64,000 nucleotides of DNA, taken from the NCBI RefSeq assembly GCF_006345805.1, contig NC_042998.1, positions 135,594,001 through 135,658,000 of the forward strand. The letters are read 5' to 3'. A program made the translations under genes and the position numbers. The stretch's first letter is position 1. Each line of letters opens with the position of its first letter. A model generated the notes under the pieces. It searched no databases, was not told where the DNA came from, and saw only the letters and a list, made by a program, of their open reading frames with translations. Below are positions 1 to 12,790 of the stretch, piece after piece. The DNA comes from Octopus sinensis. Lineage: Eukaryota.

Positions 1-608
1 GAATATTTTTTAAAAACATATGTATATCTTATATATTTAAAATAATGTTTAATATATTCAAGAGTTAAAGAAGTATTTTAATGGTTTCAAAAAGTGAGAA
101 TATAAAGTCGTACAGAAGTGAACAATATTAAAAACAGTCGATATATATATGACACTGATTTGGTAAATAGAATTTATCTTTTAAGACCAACTTATAGAAT
201 TTCTATATGAAAGCTTCGTCTCACAAAAATGCGAACAACTAGGATAATCCTAGTATTAACAAAGAGTGTTCACTTCAAAGTAATGTTTTTATATATAATT
301 GATATATTATGAGCTATACTGTTTCTAAGATAGGCACCAGGCCTGAAAATTGGGGAGAAGTTTGCTGATTACATCAGCCACAAAACTTGACTTGTATTTT
401 ATTTTATCAACCCCGGAGGAATAAATGGCAACATCGATTTCGGTGGGATTTGAACTCGCTAAAGAGCCAGATGAAATTCTACAAGGTATTTTTGTCCACG
501 CCCTACCGATTTTACCAATCCAATTTTCACATAATGTTAAAATAGTCGCGTGTGCATTATAAAATTATTCTTAGACATTTTGGTACTCATGTATCTAAAA
601 TGTTACCA

Positions 609-1625
609 TTAATAAAATGATTGGGTTTCTTCCTCAGAAAAGAGGAATTCTTTGGATTCTTCCATACAATAAATTGAGTCATCAGACAACTTCATTTTGC
701 TGTGAATCTCGTCAAGTTTCAAATGCAAAAAGGCCCGACACCATAACATATGAATAAGTTCAGAATTATCAATCCCCTCTATAAAAGTTAGAATCTTGTG
801 ATGAAATCGAGGATAAAGTGATTTTATCAACGGGAAAAACTGTTTTATCAAAATTTTTTTATGAACTTTTGACGTTAAAGGAACACTGCTAAGTTCACTG
901 AATATTTTTCCTCCTTGTCCTTGTATTACGATCTGCGGAGATATTTCCTCTGTTATTCTTTCATCGTCATCAGTGGATGTTTGGTCACCTTCAAGAGTCG
1001 AGAATAAATCTTCTCCCAGCAGATGGCGCTCATCTACAATCTCAACTGATTCGTTTATATTGACGAGACTGTTTTTTACTGCATATGGTTGTTTCCCGGA
1101 ATAAGCTATTATCTGAGAACGAATTTCATCAATGTGCATTGTGCGGCAGTCAGCGCATTGTAAGAGATGAAGAATAGCCGAGTTGTCCAAATTTGCCAGT
1201 TCATTTATAATAATATCGGCAATATCTGCACAGTGATGTTGTAGGACAACCAAAAGTCGTATTTTGAGTAACCTGTTCAAAGGTTGGCGTCCAGTGAGTA
1301 ATTGGTGTAGAACGTTATTAGGTTCCGAAAAGTCTTTACACATATCAATAACAATAAGAGCCTCTTTCATTCGAACATCAAAGAAGTAACGACAGTTTAA
1401 CATATGGAACAATTCAGAATAATGGAATGTAGATGCCATTACATAGATGATTTGTTTGGCTATTTCAGGATAGAGGCTTTTGATAACCGGGTACAACAGC
1501 TCACCGATTATAACCATTCTTTCCGCTGGGGAGGCCTTGATTAAGGAATTTATAAATTTACGCTTTGCGTTCATGGATTGTGAAATCGTATTCTGTGATC
1601 TTGTTTCAGATTTTATGGAAGACAT
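609..1625 (-). CDS. Tandem MLLE (PABC, poly(A)-binding protein C-terminal) domain protein, 338 aa, single coding exon
   Basis: Three segments align by eye to the PABPC1 MLLE ([61 protein letters not shown]): LIKASPAERMVIIGELLYPVIKSLYPEIAKQIIYVMASTFHYSELFHML..RMKEA; LLKIRLLVVLQHHCADIADIIINELANLDNSAILHLLQC..HIDEI; KKILIKQFFPLIKSLYPRFHHKILTFIEGIDNSELIHMLWC..KLDEI. There is also a fragment ERHLLGEDLFSTL. An in-frame TGA four codons upstream supports the ATG at 1625. Confidence 0.85.
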   Translation of the reverse strand: MSSIKSETRSQNTISQSMNAKRKFINSLIKASPAERMVIIGELLYPVIKSLYPEIAKQIIYVMASTFHYSELFHMLNCRYFFDVRMKEALIVIDMCKDFSEPNNVLHQLLTGRQPLNRLLKIRLLVVLQHHCADIADIIINELANLDNSAILHLLQCADCRTMHIDEIRSQIIAYSGKQPYAVKNSLVNINESVEIVDERHLLGEDLFSTLEGDQTSTDDDERITEEISPQIVIQGQGGKIFSELSSVPLTSKVHKKILIKQFFPLIKSLYPRFHHKILTFIEGIDNSELIHMLWCRAFLHLKLDEIHSKMKLSDDSIYCMEESKEFLFSEEETQSFY

Positions 1626-1720
1626 GTTAATAAAAAGTCACTTCAGAATGGGACAAACTTTGCCGACGATTGACCCTGCAAACCTCAAAAGTAATCTGAA
1701 ATCAAGAACAATAGGACAGT

Positions 1721-1750
1721 CTGTAAAAATTTAACACATACAGGAAGAAA
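1721..1750 (-). promoter_or_regulatory. Candidate 3' splice acceptor ~95 nt upstream of the MLLE ORF start
   Basis: Minus strand reads TTTCTTCCTGTATGTGTTAAATTTTTACAG|ACTG (pyrimidine tract plus CAG), implying an upstream 5'UTR exon. Confidence 0.5.
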
Positions 1751-1904
1751 AATAATCAAAGCTTTATTAATACTGGCTAGTATGTGTGGCACAGTTTCAA
1801 AAATTTCAAAGTTGAAAGCTTAATTACCTCGGTTCACTAACTATTTAGAATAGGTTCACGTTTTCAACATTCATCCTTATGTATCCTTCAAAAATTATAC
1901 AAAA

Positions 1905-2300
1905 CTAGCAGTATCGCCCGGCGTTGCTCGGGTTTGTAAGGGAAATAACTATATAAGCATTTTTAGAGAGTTATAGCCAAAAAATAGCAAAAAATGCATG
2001 CATTAAAAATGGAAAAAAAAATTATGGTAAATTTTTTTTTAAATCGTTGACTCATCGTAGACATTTTTAGAGAGTTACTTCCCTTATATAATAGCGAAAA
2101 ATGCATTAAAATGGAAAAAATGGTAAATTTTTTAAAAATCGTAGACTCATCGTAGACGCGCGCTAATACCCAGAAGGGCTCGATATGAATCACGACTATA
2201 AGATACCCGGTTTTGGTTAAACTGCACCGCAAAATGTGGGAGTAGTTAGGAATCTAAATCGTAGGAGACAGACACACAACTTGACTTTTATATATAAAGA
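1905..2300 (-). mobile_element. Non-autonomous Helitron (~396 bp)
   Basis: Minus strand has A|TCTTTATATAT at the 5' end and hairpin CCCGAGCAACGCCGGG followed by ...CTAG|T at the 3' end (canonical AT target). It carries an internal ~110-bp tandem duplication (ATTTTTAGAGAGTTA...GACTCATCGTAGAC twice). Confidence 0.85.
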
Positions 2301-2395
2301 TTAAAGGTGACGTCATCTATCAAAATTACTCTTAAAAATGGGTGGGGAAACTAAATAAAATATTTATATACACTTAATTTCCACTAAGTTCAGTT

Positions 2396-2506
2396 TATGT
2401 ATGTATGTATGTATGTATGTATGTATGTATGTATGTATGTATGTATGTATGTATGTATGTATGTATGTATGTATGTATGTATGTATGTATGTATGTATGT
2501 ATGTAT
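2396..2506. repeat. (TATG)n microsatellite
   Basis: Perfect tetranucleotide run. Confidence 0.99.
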
Positions 2507-2509
2507 AAA

Positions 2510-2605
2510 AGAGAGAGAGAGGGGCGAGAGAGAGAGAAGAGAGGGGGGCGAGAGAGGGAGAGAGAGAGAGGGCGAGAGAGAGAGAGAGAGGAGGAGAGGC
2601 AAGAG

Positions 2606-2636
<31 letters not shown>

Positions 2637-2682
2637 GAGGAGAGGCAAGAGAGAGGAGAGAGAGAGAGAGCAAGAGAGAGAG

Positions 2683-2733
<51 letters not shown>

Positions 2734-3267
2734 GCCAGAGAGAGAGAGAGGAGGAGAGAGAGGCAAGAGAGAGGAGAGAGGCAAGAGAGAGAGAGAGAGA
2801 GAGGCAAGAGATGAGAGAGAGGAGAGAGAGGCAAGAGAGAGAGAGGAGAGAGGCAGAGAGAGAGAGAGAGAGAGGCAAGAGGAGAGAGAGAGAGAGAGGC
2901 AAGAGGCAAGAGAGAGAGGCAAGAGAGAGAGAGAGGCAAGAGAGAGAGAGAGGCAAGAGAGAGAGAGAGGCAAGAGAGAGAGAGAGAGGCAAGAGAGAGA
3001 GAGGCAAGAGAGAGAGAGAGGCAAGAGAGAGAGAGGAGAGAGAGAGGGACAAAGAGAGAGAGAGGCAAGAGAGAGAGGCAAGAGAGAGAGGCAAGAGAGA
3101 GAGGCAAGAGAGAGAGAGGGGCAAAAGAGAGAGAGAGGGGCAAAAGAGAGAGAGAGGGGCAAAAGAGAGAGAGAGAGGGGCAAGAGAGAGAGAGAGAGGG
3201 GCAAGAGAGAGAGAGAGGGGCAAGAGAGAGAGAGAGGGGCAAGAGAGAGAGAGAGAGGGAGAGAGAA
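2510..3267. repeat. Compound polypurine array, (GA)n interrupted by GGCAA/GGA units
   Basis: ~760 bp of almost only G/A on the plus strand, with recurring unit GGCAA(GA)n. Confidence 0.97.
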
Positions 3268-4186
3268 GATGACTTCGGTGGGAATCGAACCCTGAACGCA
3301 TAAAAAGGGCATAAGTACTGAAGATTTGTCGCTTTACCGCTTCACCCAATCCACTATTCTTGTTCCTCTAACAGCATAAACAAATCTCAGTGCATTATCG
3401 ATTGCTCAGGTGGACGATTACAACATCAAGGAGCATCATGATAGCTTGTTCAAATATTTGTAGTTACCCCACAATGTTTGCTGCTATTAATTGCTCTTCC
3501 TCAGATTTCATTAATTGACGAGAACAGCTATAATGTTATCGATTTTTTTTCGTCTACAAAACAGAAGAAAAGAACTCATATTTGCTTAAGTCGTAGGGCT
3601 GGGATATTCTATGAACGACGAGTGTTTCACTTGACTGAAGGTGCTGAACTCAAATCTTCAGAATAGTCTCGATAAGCCAAGAGAGAACCGTCTATCTAGA
3701 TCAGTCGTAAATTCGATATTTCATCGACAGTGTTATAATAAAAAATGGAACGTGACCGTATTTGAACACCGATATATTGAATTTGTTCCAATGAAGAATA
3801 TGCAGGTCAGCTTCAGCTATTTATTTTTCTAAAAATAAGTTTTCTTTTCATTTTTTTTCTAATGAATCATTTTCGAATAAATACAATGTAATACAAGTGC
3901 CATAATATATAATGACAAGCAGAGGCCACAACAGAGTCAATACTGTGAACTTCATCCCTCTCTCAGCAACAACCAGGAGAAATCGGAAACACTGAACTGG
4001 AAGTTGAAAATTTTCAGCTACTGTACAGCGCACACTTCGTTATTCCATTACCGTGGTACCTATTTACAGCTAAGCTAGAGCTAATGAGGAATCCTCGACC
4101 TGCTAAAAGTAACATCCAAATCTCCTTCAAATTACATTTTACCGACTTAAGGAAGGACACTGGATAATGTTTATAATCTAACAAAG

Positions 4187-4230
<44 letters not shown>

Positions 4231-6306
4231 CTGATCATAAACTGAATGTCTTCGCTCATAGATTTACTCTGGAGTTGAACAGCAATCCCGATATAGCTGG
4301 AAATGTAATGTTGACAGTTGAGTGTCTTGGCCATTAACACACTGCTAAGGAAACCACCGCCAATTAAAGGACTTCAGAATTTGGCTGGAACTATAGAACT
4401 ATTTTAATTGATATTCAGAGAAGGAAGATCAAAGATGACTTTGCTGGGAATCGAATCCTGAACGAAAAAAAAGTTTCAGCAAAATTTAAATTTTCGTTAT
4501 TTTCATTTTGACACATCAACTGTCATAAAGAGTGCAATGTTAGCTGCATTATATGCAAGTTAACATGTCAACTGCACGAAAGAATAAGTGACCTGACGAA
4601 TTAATAAAAAAACATCTAAGTGGTCACTCGACTTACTAGAAATAACAGCCAAATCCTCAACTCAGTACAAACTCAGTACTGGACGGAGAAACCTAGGAGT
4701 TTACCGTCCATCACTGGTCCCCCATGCCTACAGAGCAGATCCAAAAGTGTCCCCACCACCAATAAAGGCTTGCCTGAGCTGGGACTGATCGCCCCCAGTC
4801 CTCTTCCCTATTACTCAGCTCACTTAACTCTTAAAAAAGGACATTTTTAATACAGTTTACTGTTCCAAATATAAAAGACTCACTGACTGGGTATAAAGCA
4901 CCTTTGATTATTGATCTACTTGATTAAGATGTGGAGCTAAAGATTTTTTTTAGTAGAATGAACCTAGTTTCTAGTCGTTCATTTCCACTGCCTCTTATCA
5001 CGCGCAATATCTTCAGCAATTTACCACATACATTTTTTAATGGCCCAATGAATATGACATTCAATTCCTAGATGAACAATCACGATTTTTGTCTCATCAC
5101 TGGCAATGTGCTTAGAGCATGGACAAAGCACAGGAATCTCTTTTCTCTCGTTTAACTGATAGTAAAGCAGTTAAGAAAAGGAAGCGAATAAATCGATGAG
5201 TGAACAAACTGGATTAACCTGTAGTTAGGCGGTCCAACAACTACAGATAGCATTTCTTCTCTATTGACAACAAATTGCTGTTTGAAATCGTAACAAGTAG
5301 CAATAGAAATGTCCTCAGGACAAATTTATGATAGATTTATTATTTTGAAGATTCGACAGTGAGGCCAATCAACAGTTGAAAGGAACTGCGAGTTCAAAAT
5401 TCGCCCTTTCAACTTTGCCTTTTAGCTTTCCGATTCGACAAAATAAGTACCAGTCGAGTACTGGAGTCAACAGAATTTATTATATCTGTCTTCTAAATTC
5501 GAATGTTTTGTCCTTATATTAGAAATCAATTTCTTTCGGTGACCAAAGAAACTAATTGGGTTTCGATTTCAAGAAGCAGTCATTTCATTTAACAAAAAAA
5601 AAAAAATCATTACGAGCCAACAAAGGAAACTTTACGTTGCTGTTTGACCAGCTGGTAATATCAACCAAATCTTCAAACAACACCGTCATACAAGATGTAA
5701 AACAAAGTTCCAGATAGCGCTAATAAATGTGGGGATCATTGGTTCGTGCAATGGTTAACCTTGGACTTAACAACATATAGGCTCTGATATCTATGTAGAG
5801 AGTCAATAACTGCCAGAGATAACCAACTGAGGAATGTGCGAGCCGGTTAGTTGAAGGGTCAGTTTGCATTGGTACTGCATCAAAAACAAAAACAACTTTT
5901 AATAGTCCAGTACAATTATGTATGTATAGGCACATTGAGAAAATAGAGTAGGTAGTAGACGCAATTTACTAGTGACGAGTGTTTCGTTAGTTGATAGGTG
6001 TGGGACTAAAATCTTGAGTCTTGTTGGGAAACCGTCGTTTTAAGATACATTTCTTTCTCAAGATAGGATTTATCATTAATAGATTAAGATAAAATAACAG
6101 AATTGTTGATTTGTCACAATTACTACAAATATATATAGCACACAAAGTCCTATACTTTAAACGGAACCTGTAATATTTATCTTTTTGGAAGGGGAATGGG
6201 TTCAGTGAGAATCGAAACCGCACTATTGATGTCATTTAATCGATAAGTTAATTTTGACAACTGAGGATTTAAAAATCGTCAAAAGAAAAGTTAACTACAA
6301 TATATA

Positions 6307-6348
<42 letters not shown>

Positions 6349-6696
6349 CATTTCATAGAAGTCCGCCTATGGTGTAGCTATCGGCCGTTTTAGGTAATTG
6401 AATGATTTTAGAAAGGGTGTTCCATCAAATCTTACAAAGGTGAAATTTCGCAGCGACTAAGTTTGTACCTATGTTAGAAACCAATGCGTTTTACGTTACT
6501 ACAAAGACAACTATGGGTATAAAACAATATTCGACGAGCACTTATTTTATCGATTCTTGGACGGATTAAAGACTAAATCAATCTCAACGGGATTTGTTGA
6601 ACGCAGAATAAATGTATGCAACTAAATGTAAGGTATTGCCCGAAGCACTGACGATTGTTGTTAGATCTTCATGTTGTGCTCATCTGTCTTATATTC

Positions 6697-7036
6697 TTTT
6701 ACTCGTTTCAGTCATTTGACTTGCGGCCATGCTGGAGCACCGCCTTTAAGGGTTTTAGAAGAAATTGATCCCAGGACTTATTCTTTTATAAGCCTAATAC
6801 TTATTCTACCTGTCTATTACCGAACCGCTAAGTTTCGCGGACGTAAACACAACATCAGTTGTCAAGCGATGGGGGATGCGACAGACAGACAGACACACAC
6901 GGGCTTCTTTCAGTTTCCGTCTACCAAAACCACTCACAATGCTTTGGTCGGCCCGAGGCTACAGTGGAGACACTAAAAAAAGGTGCCATGCAGTAGGACG
7001 GAACATGGAACAATGGGATTAGGAAGCAAGCTTCTT
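6697..7036 (-). mobile_element. tRNA-derived SINE, family 2 (body ...TTGGGCAAGTGTCTT..., tail GTGCTCCAGCATGGCCGCAGTC..TGACTGAAAC)
   Basis: Reverse complement of a ~340-bp repeat also present at ~12455, 29270, 48140, 50190, 56000 and 63380. Confidence 0.8.
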
Positions 7037-8929
7037 GCTCTATCAGTGCTGATGTGGGCCTGAACAACGAAAGACTATCGGGCCGAAACTCTTATAAAAA
7101 TATAATAAATATGTACTCTACTAAAAACTATAAAGTAATTCTTCAGCTAAATTGTTTTAATTAAAACTTGACCTAAAAAAAACATACAGTGTGAGTGCGT
7201 TAGAGAGCGAGGTTGGGGAGTGGAAGAGAGAAACTTTAGCATTCCACTCATCATAAAGTTACTGGTTGAATTATCTTCAACAAGGAAAGATCTAAACGGC
7301 ATTATATTAAAAACAATATGGTGTCGCCGAAGACTGGGATTTTAGAATCACTCGTGTCACATTCTTAGATAAAACAATAATCACCCGGCCACCAATCAAG
7401 TCCTACAATGGTAAACATTTTTTTAAAGCCGAACTGAAGATACTATTAGCTGGATGTTAATCTTATCACTCCCATTAAAATAGCAAGCACTTTGACCTTT
7501 TCATTCCTTTAAGAGAATTTTAAAAAATCTTATATACGTCCGTTATAAATCTTGATAAAGAACCAAACTCTCTGTAAGCGAGTTTTGTTTTCTTTTGCCA
7601 TGGAAAATTAAGTGGTCGAAAGAATATCTGGTTAACCTTATACAAATTTCAAAGACAACGGAGTAAGAGAAATAGTGCATCATTACTAAATGAAATGCTC
7701 TTCACTGTGAGTTCAAACCAGGCGAGGTTGCCTTTGTCTTTCATCTTTCCAAATATGAAAGCCCATAAGTAAAATGCCAGTAATATAAGAGGGTGGATTA
7801 AATCAACGATAACTCCAGACATGCTAACTTTGCATCACAATGAGAAATATCAACTCTGTTTAACGATTTCATATTGGAAAATAGCTTCAAATCTTACCTT
7901 ACGACTCTAGCTTTGGACAATGTAGATATTCATGAATAAGACACCTGAAGACATTCGGAGTTGGAAATGAACGAAATGTAGCATTGATATAAATATTGCA
8001 AAATTATACATTGTAAAAAATGAGGTTAATATTTTTTTTCGTTTTTGGTTAATACACGAGGAGTCTATTCATTCGATTTACTTTACTTCACCCATATTTT
8101 AAAATACCCAAAAGAAAATGAACTTGAATAAGGCATTAATCCAGTTGCGATAATGTATCAAGCAAATCATTTACTGCTGCTCCAATCTCACCAGTCTACA
8201 TTTTTAGGTCAGCCTAAATCAAGCAGACCTACGAACAACGGCGTTCATATACTGCTCAAAGCTATCCTAAACAACAATATCCTGGATACCCTAAATGATT
8301 TCTTTTTAAGACAGTCGGAGTGGGTAAGTGACTTGGCTGCCATTTCTTGTAGGTTGTGTGACTACATAGAAACTGTTTAGTTCATTAGTAATTTTATATC
8401 TCGAAGTACTGAGTCATCACTGAAGGGTGACAAAGGTTTGACGAACAGAACTAAACTAGCAACTCGATATCGATTTTCCGTTGCAGCCATTTCACTACAT
8501 TTATCTATCATACTCTTGAGAAAAGTCATGAATGCCAGCAACCTCATTTCATCAGCCCTATAGTCTTACCATTGTCAATCAAGACAGACAGAGAACCATT
8601 CACAATGTTTTGATAATCTGGTAACTTTTTCTTTTTTTACTCTACGAAGACTAATTGCAGTCTAAGACAGGAAAGAATTAAAAGACGTAGCAAAGAATGT
8701 GACAACCAAATTTCACGATCCAGTTTTCGGTGATGTGACAGTACTGAAAATAATTTCTAACAAAGGCACACAAGTTCATATTTGAGGAATGGATATAATC
8801 GATTAGCTCAATTCAGTATTCAACCTGTACCTGCTAACTTATTTGATCGAGCCCGGTTACATGGAAGTTTATCCTGCCGGAATTTGAACTCAGAACGTAA
8901 AGCTATGCAGCAAATACGGCATATCTACC

Positions 8930-9520
8930 AATCCATCCAACAGCATTACTAATATTTGCACGGGGCCTCAAATTTGGGGTTGAGGAGGTCAGTACTTGAC
9001 TAGTATTATACTTCATTGACTCCAGAGAGATGAAAAGCAAAGCGGATATCGACAGGATTTGAACTCGGAAGGTAAAGAATATGCAAAGCATTTTTCCCAA
9101 CGCTTAAACCGATCTGTTAATTCACCGCCCGAAAACGCGTTAATAATGGTTTCTAATTTTAGGTACTAAGCCCGCAGTTTTTAGGGGTGATAGTACTTTA
9201 TATTATCGACCGCGAATAAATGAAAGGCAAAATTGACCTTGACGGGATTTAAAGTCAGCACGAGACAAAGGTCGCAAAGCATTTTCCCGATGCTTTAACC
9301 AATCTGTCATCCTTGCTGCTAAAGACACGAAGCCTAAAATTTGGTAGAAAGGGAGGTTTATTACATCGAACGCACTGCGTAACTGGTACTTGTATCATCG
9401 ACCCCGAAAGGATGCAAAGTAAAGTCGACATCGGCAGAATTTGAACAGAACAAAGATGGACGAAATGCTGGTAAACACTTTTCCCGGCGTACTAACGATT
9501 GTTAGGTCGCCACCTCGACA
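8930..9520 (-). mobile_element. Three head-to-tail tRNA-derived SINEs, family 1
   Basis: Repeated ...TATCGACCCCGAAAGGATGAAAGGCAAAGTCGAC..GGATTTGAACTC (reverse B-box). Confidence 0.75.
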
Positions 9521-10359
9521 GTACTAATAAATTAGCAAAGCAACAAATAAGGTAGCAGTGAATGCTCGTCAAACCGAGTCCACCATCAGGTTTGAATACA
9601 AAGTAGGAAGGATCTGAATTCATTAACAGAAAATGTTAAAAAAAGAAAATTTAAACCCTACGAAAAGGAAAGGGTAAATTATCATGAAACCAAAAGTCTG
9701 CAGAAAGTCTTTTCAATCGTGTGTGAAATGTTTACTCTAAACATATATTAATGTCATCGTCGATGTCTATCATCATACGTATTTCACTCCGAACATATAC
9801 CAAGGAACTACATAAAATTTTTTTTATGGTTTAGATGAGGAAATATTAACGATGAAAAATGGGCGTTCAGTCAGTATGTCGGTCCGGGGCTCGTGATGCA
9901 AAAAGGGCTTGTGGTTATCCGATTGTTTGTGGGACCCTCCTAAAAACAGTCCTATTGAAATTTAAGATGACTTACATTTCCTGAGGCCTGATAATTAAGA
10001 TTACTCGTATCTTCTGATACGAAATATGATGACCAACGTCTCCTGTATCACTTGGATACTCAGAGAAAGACACCGCCAATGAACCACTTCAAGGTCTCCA
10101 AGACTGATGGCAGAAAGAGAAACTTATGAGATCTGGCCCAAAACGAAAGTAACGCAAGCCAACATTTGCTCATTATAAATAGCCAAAGGTAGGAATAAAC
10201 CTCCTCCATTTCGTGATTTTTTTAATTATCACTACAAAACCCTGCTATGTTTAACTGAGGACCTGTAGAATTAATGTCCATTATTGCTAGGAAAGTGGAA
10301 CAGATATAACCACATATGTCGACATAACATTGCTAAAAGTAATTCTAATTTAAACACAA

Positions 10360-10890
10360 GGCCAGCAATTCTGAGGCGGTGGGTATGCAAGTCAATTACA
10401 TCGATCCCAGTACTTGCCTAATATTTTTATTTTATCGATCCTAAAAGAATGAAAAGTAAAGTTGATCTCAGCGTGGTTTGATCTCAGAACGTAAAGAGCC
10501 AGAAAAAAATGTCGTAAAACATTTTGTCCAACGTCATAAAGATTCTACCAAAAAGACCCTGAAAGGATAAAAGATAAAGTCGACCTCGGCCGAATTTGAA
10601 CTCACAACGTAAAGACGGACGAAATGTTGCTAAGCATTTTGTTCGGCGTGCTAATAATTCTGACTGCTCGCCGCCTTAATAATAATAATAGTTTCAAATT
10701 TTTGTACAAATCAGCAGTTTAAGAGAGAGGGGTTTAGTCGATAACATCTACCCTAGTACTCGGCTGCTGCTTATTTTTATCGATCCTGAAAGGGTAGGAT
10801 ACAAAACTGACCTCGGTGGTATTTCAATTAGGAAACGTTGTGAACCAGAAGAAATGCCACCAAGCATTTTTTCCCGATGCTCGCCACCTT
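10360..10890 (-). mobile_element. Three head-to-tail family-1 SINEs
   Basis: Same motifs, e.g. AAAGTCGACCTCGGCCGAATTTGAACTCACAACGTAAAGACGGACGAAATG..CTCGCCGCC. Confidence 0.8.
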
Positions 10891-12184
10891 AATATAATAA
10901 TTCTTAATATATTGGCAGAAAGCTATAACTTAAGTACTGCACAATTGGTTTGGTTGGCCACATTATATAACAGATACCTGTACAAATTTAAAGTAGCGAA
11001 TTGACAGAATTATAAGAGTGGAATTGTATTTTTCACAGTTGTCTGCGATCGGATTTCAAATCCTGTTGAAGTCGACTTTACCCATTTTTTTTTTCTTTTC
11101 GGATTAAAAGAAAACGTGTCAAACAGGCTAGAATTGTAAGACCGTCGGACGACAGTATGTCTTACGGATATCTCTTTCGTTTGAGCTTTTTGAGTTCAAA
11201 TGTCCCACACCCCCAATAAAGTGGTGACTGTTCTCAAGTGTTGCGACCAACAGCAAACATTAAGAATTTGAAAAACAGATGGAAATGTAGTTTCCATGGT
11301 TCGATCTGAAGATCGTCTGCCGCAACTACTTACATAAACTAACGAGGGAAGCCTATACATGGTCGTTTGATTTGCTAGAAATAAAGTTTCTCTCATCACA
11401 TCCAGTCACTATGAAAAGTCATTAGACGATGTGGCTCCAGATATCTCTTTAAAAGATGGGATGTTCACAGTTGGAATGCTTTATCAGGGTTACTCTGAGT
11501 CTAAACAGTAATAGGTATTTATCGAACCTGGAGGAATGGAAAGCAAAGCTTAGTAGTGGCGGAGTTTCAGAAAAAAAAAATGGATGCAAACTATATTGCA
11601 GCATGTGATTAAGAAGTTCGCTTCTAGGAATTTCAACTCGGGAGCAGAAAGAAACGTATCTAAATATTGCACAGCATTCTCTTCCAACAACTATGTTCTA
11701 CGTTCGAATCTTGCCAAAGTCGTCAAAATAAGTGGTTGTAAAATTCTAGGTAGAATCAATTGACTAACTACATTATTCTCTCCAGAACACAAATCCTTGT
11801 TCCAATGTAAATTACAATTTCCTTGCAGCCATTTATAATTGTACGACGTGGTGAAGTAAGGTTAGCTAAATTAATGAATACGACATCCACACTTGAAGCA
11901 CTTTAAGTATTTAATTGCCAGATACAATAACTACCCTCTAATTAAACATGGCCACTAACACTAGCTTATAAAAGAGACAGACTTGGTTTCTTGAAATAGT
12001 GGGAGTTTAAAGATAGAGTCGGTCAAGTTTTCAATTGTGATTAATTACTGAAAATTAACACTCATTTCAACAAATATGGTGGAATATACAGTACCATTAA
12101 TTGTAGATTATTAATTTCTTGATTAAAATGATTAATACCTCCTATTTTTTTAAGTATAGAATATTGATTGCAATATGGTGTGTT

Positions 12185-12350
12185 ACAAGGCGGAGAGCTG
12201 GCAGAATCGTTAGCACACCGGGCCAAATGCTTGGCATTTCGTCCGTCTTTACGTTCAAATTCCACCAAGATCAATTTTGCTTTTCATCCTTTCGAGGTCG
12301 ATAAAATGAATACCAGTTGAGTACTGGGGCCGATGTAATCGACTACCCCA
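12185..12350 (+). mobile_element. Family-1 SINE
   Basis: GGCGGAGAGCTGGCAGAATCGTTAGCACACCGGG...GTTCAAATTCC (A and B boxes). Confidence 0.8.
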
Positions 12351-12454
12351 CCATCAACTTGCACACATTGTGCCAACATTTGAAATCAATATGGTGCGTT
12401 ACTGAGTGAAACATATCTAATTAAAAAAACAAAAAAAAAAAAAACAGTATAGCA

Positions 12455-12790
12455 TGGTTGTGTGGTTAAGGAGTTTGCTTCGCAACCATATAGTTTCAGG
12501 TTCAGTTCCACTGTGCAGCACTTTGGGCAAGTGTCTTATAGACACATAAGTGAATTGGCAAACGGAAACTGCACGGAAGCACGTCATGCGTGGCCGTTTG
12601 TCTCTCTCAACTTGAAAACGTATGCTAGTTTGTTTACATCCCTATGACTTAGCATTTCGGGTGGATGGGTAAGAATACCGATAGAATAAGTATCAAACCT
12701 CAAATAAGTAGTGGAGTCGATTTCATAGAGCAATACCACCCTCACTACGTGGTGCCCCAGCATGGCCACGGTCCAATGACCAGAGTGTAT
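12455..12790 (+). mobile_element. Family-2 SINE
   Basis: GCATGGTTGTGTGGTTAAGGAGTTTGCTTCGCAACC...CTTTGGGCAAGTGTCTT...CCAGCATGGCCACGGTCC. Confidence 0.75.

Noticed and set aside
1480-1734. 84-aa plus-strand ORF
   Set aside because: Antisense shadow of the MLLE ORF; no recognisable motif.
2364-3349. Five ~300-aa ORFs (LS-rich, ER-rich, HTYI/MYVC)
   Set aside because: Translations of (GA)n and (TATG)n repeats, which lack stop codons.
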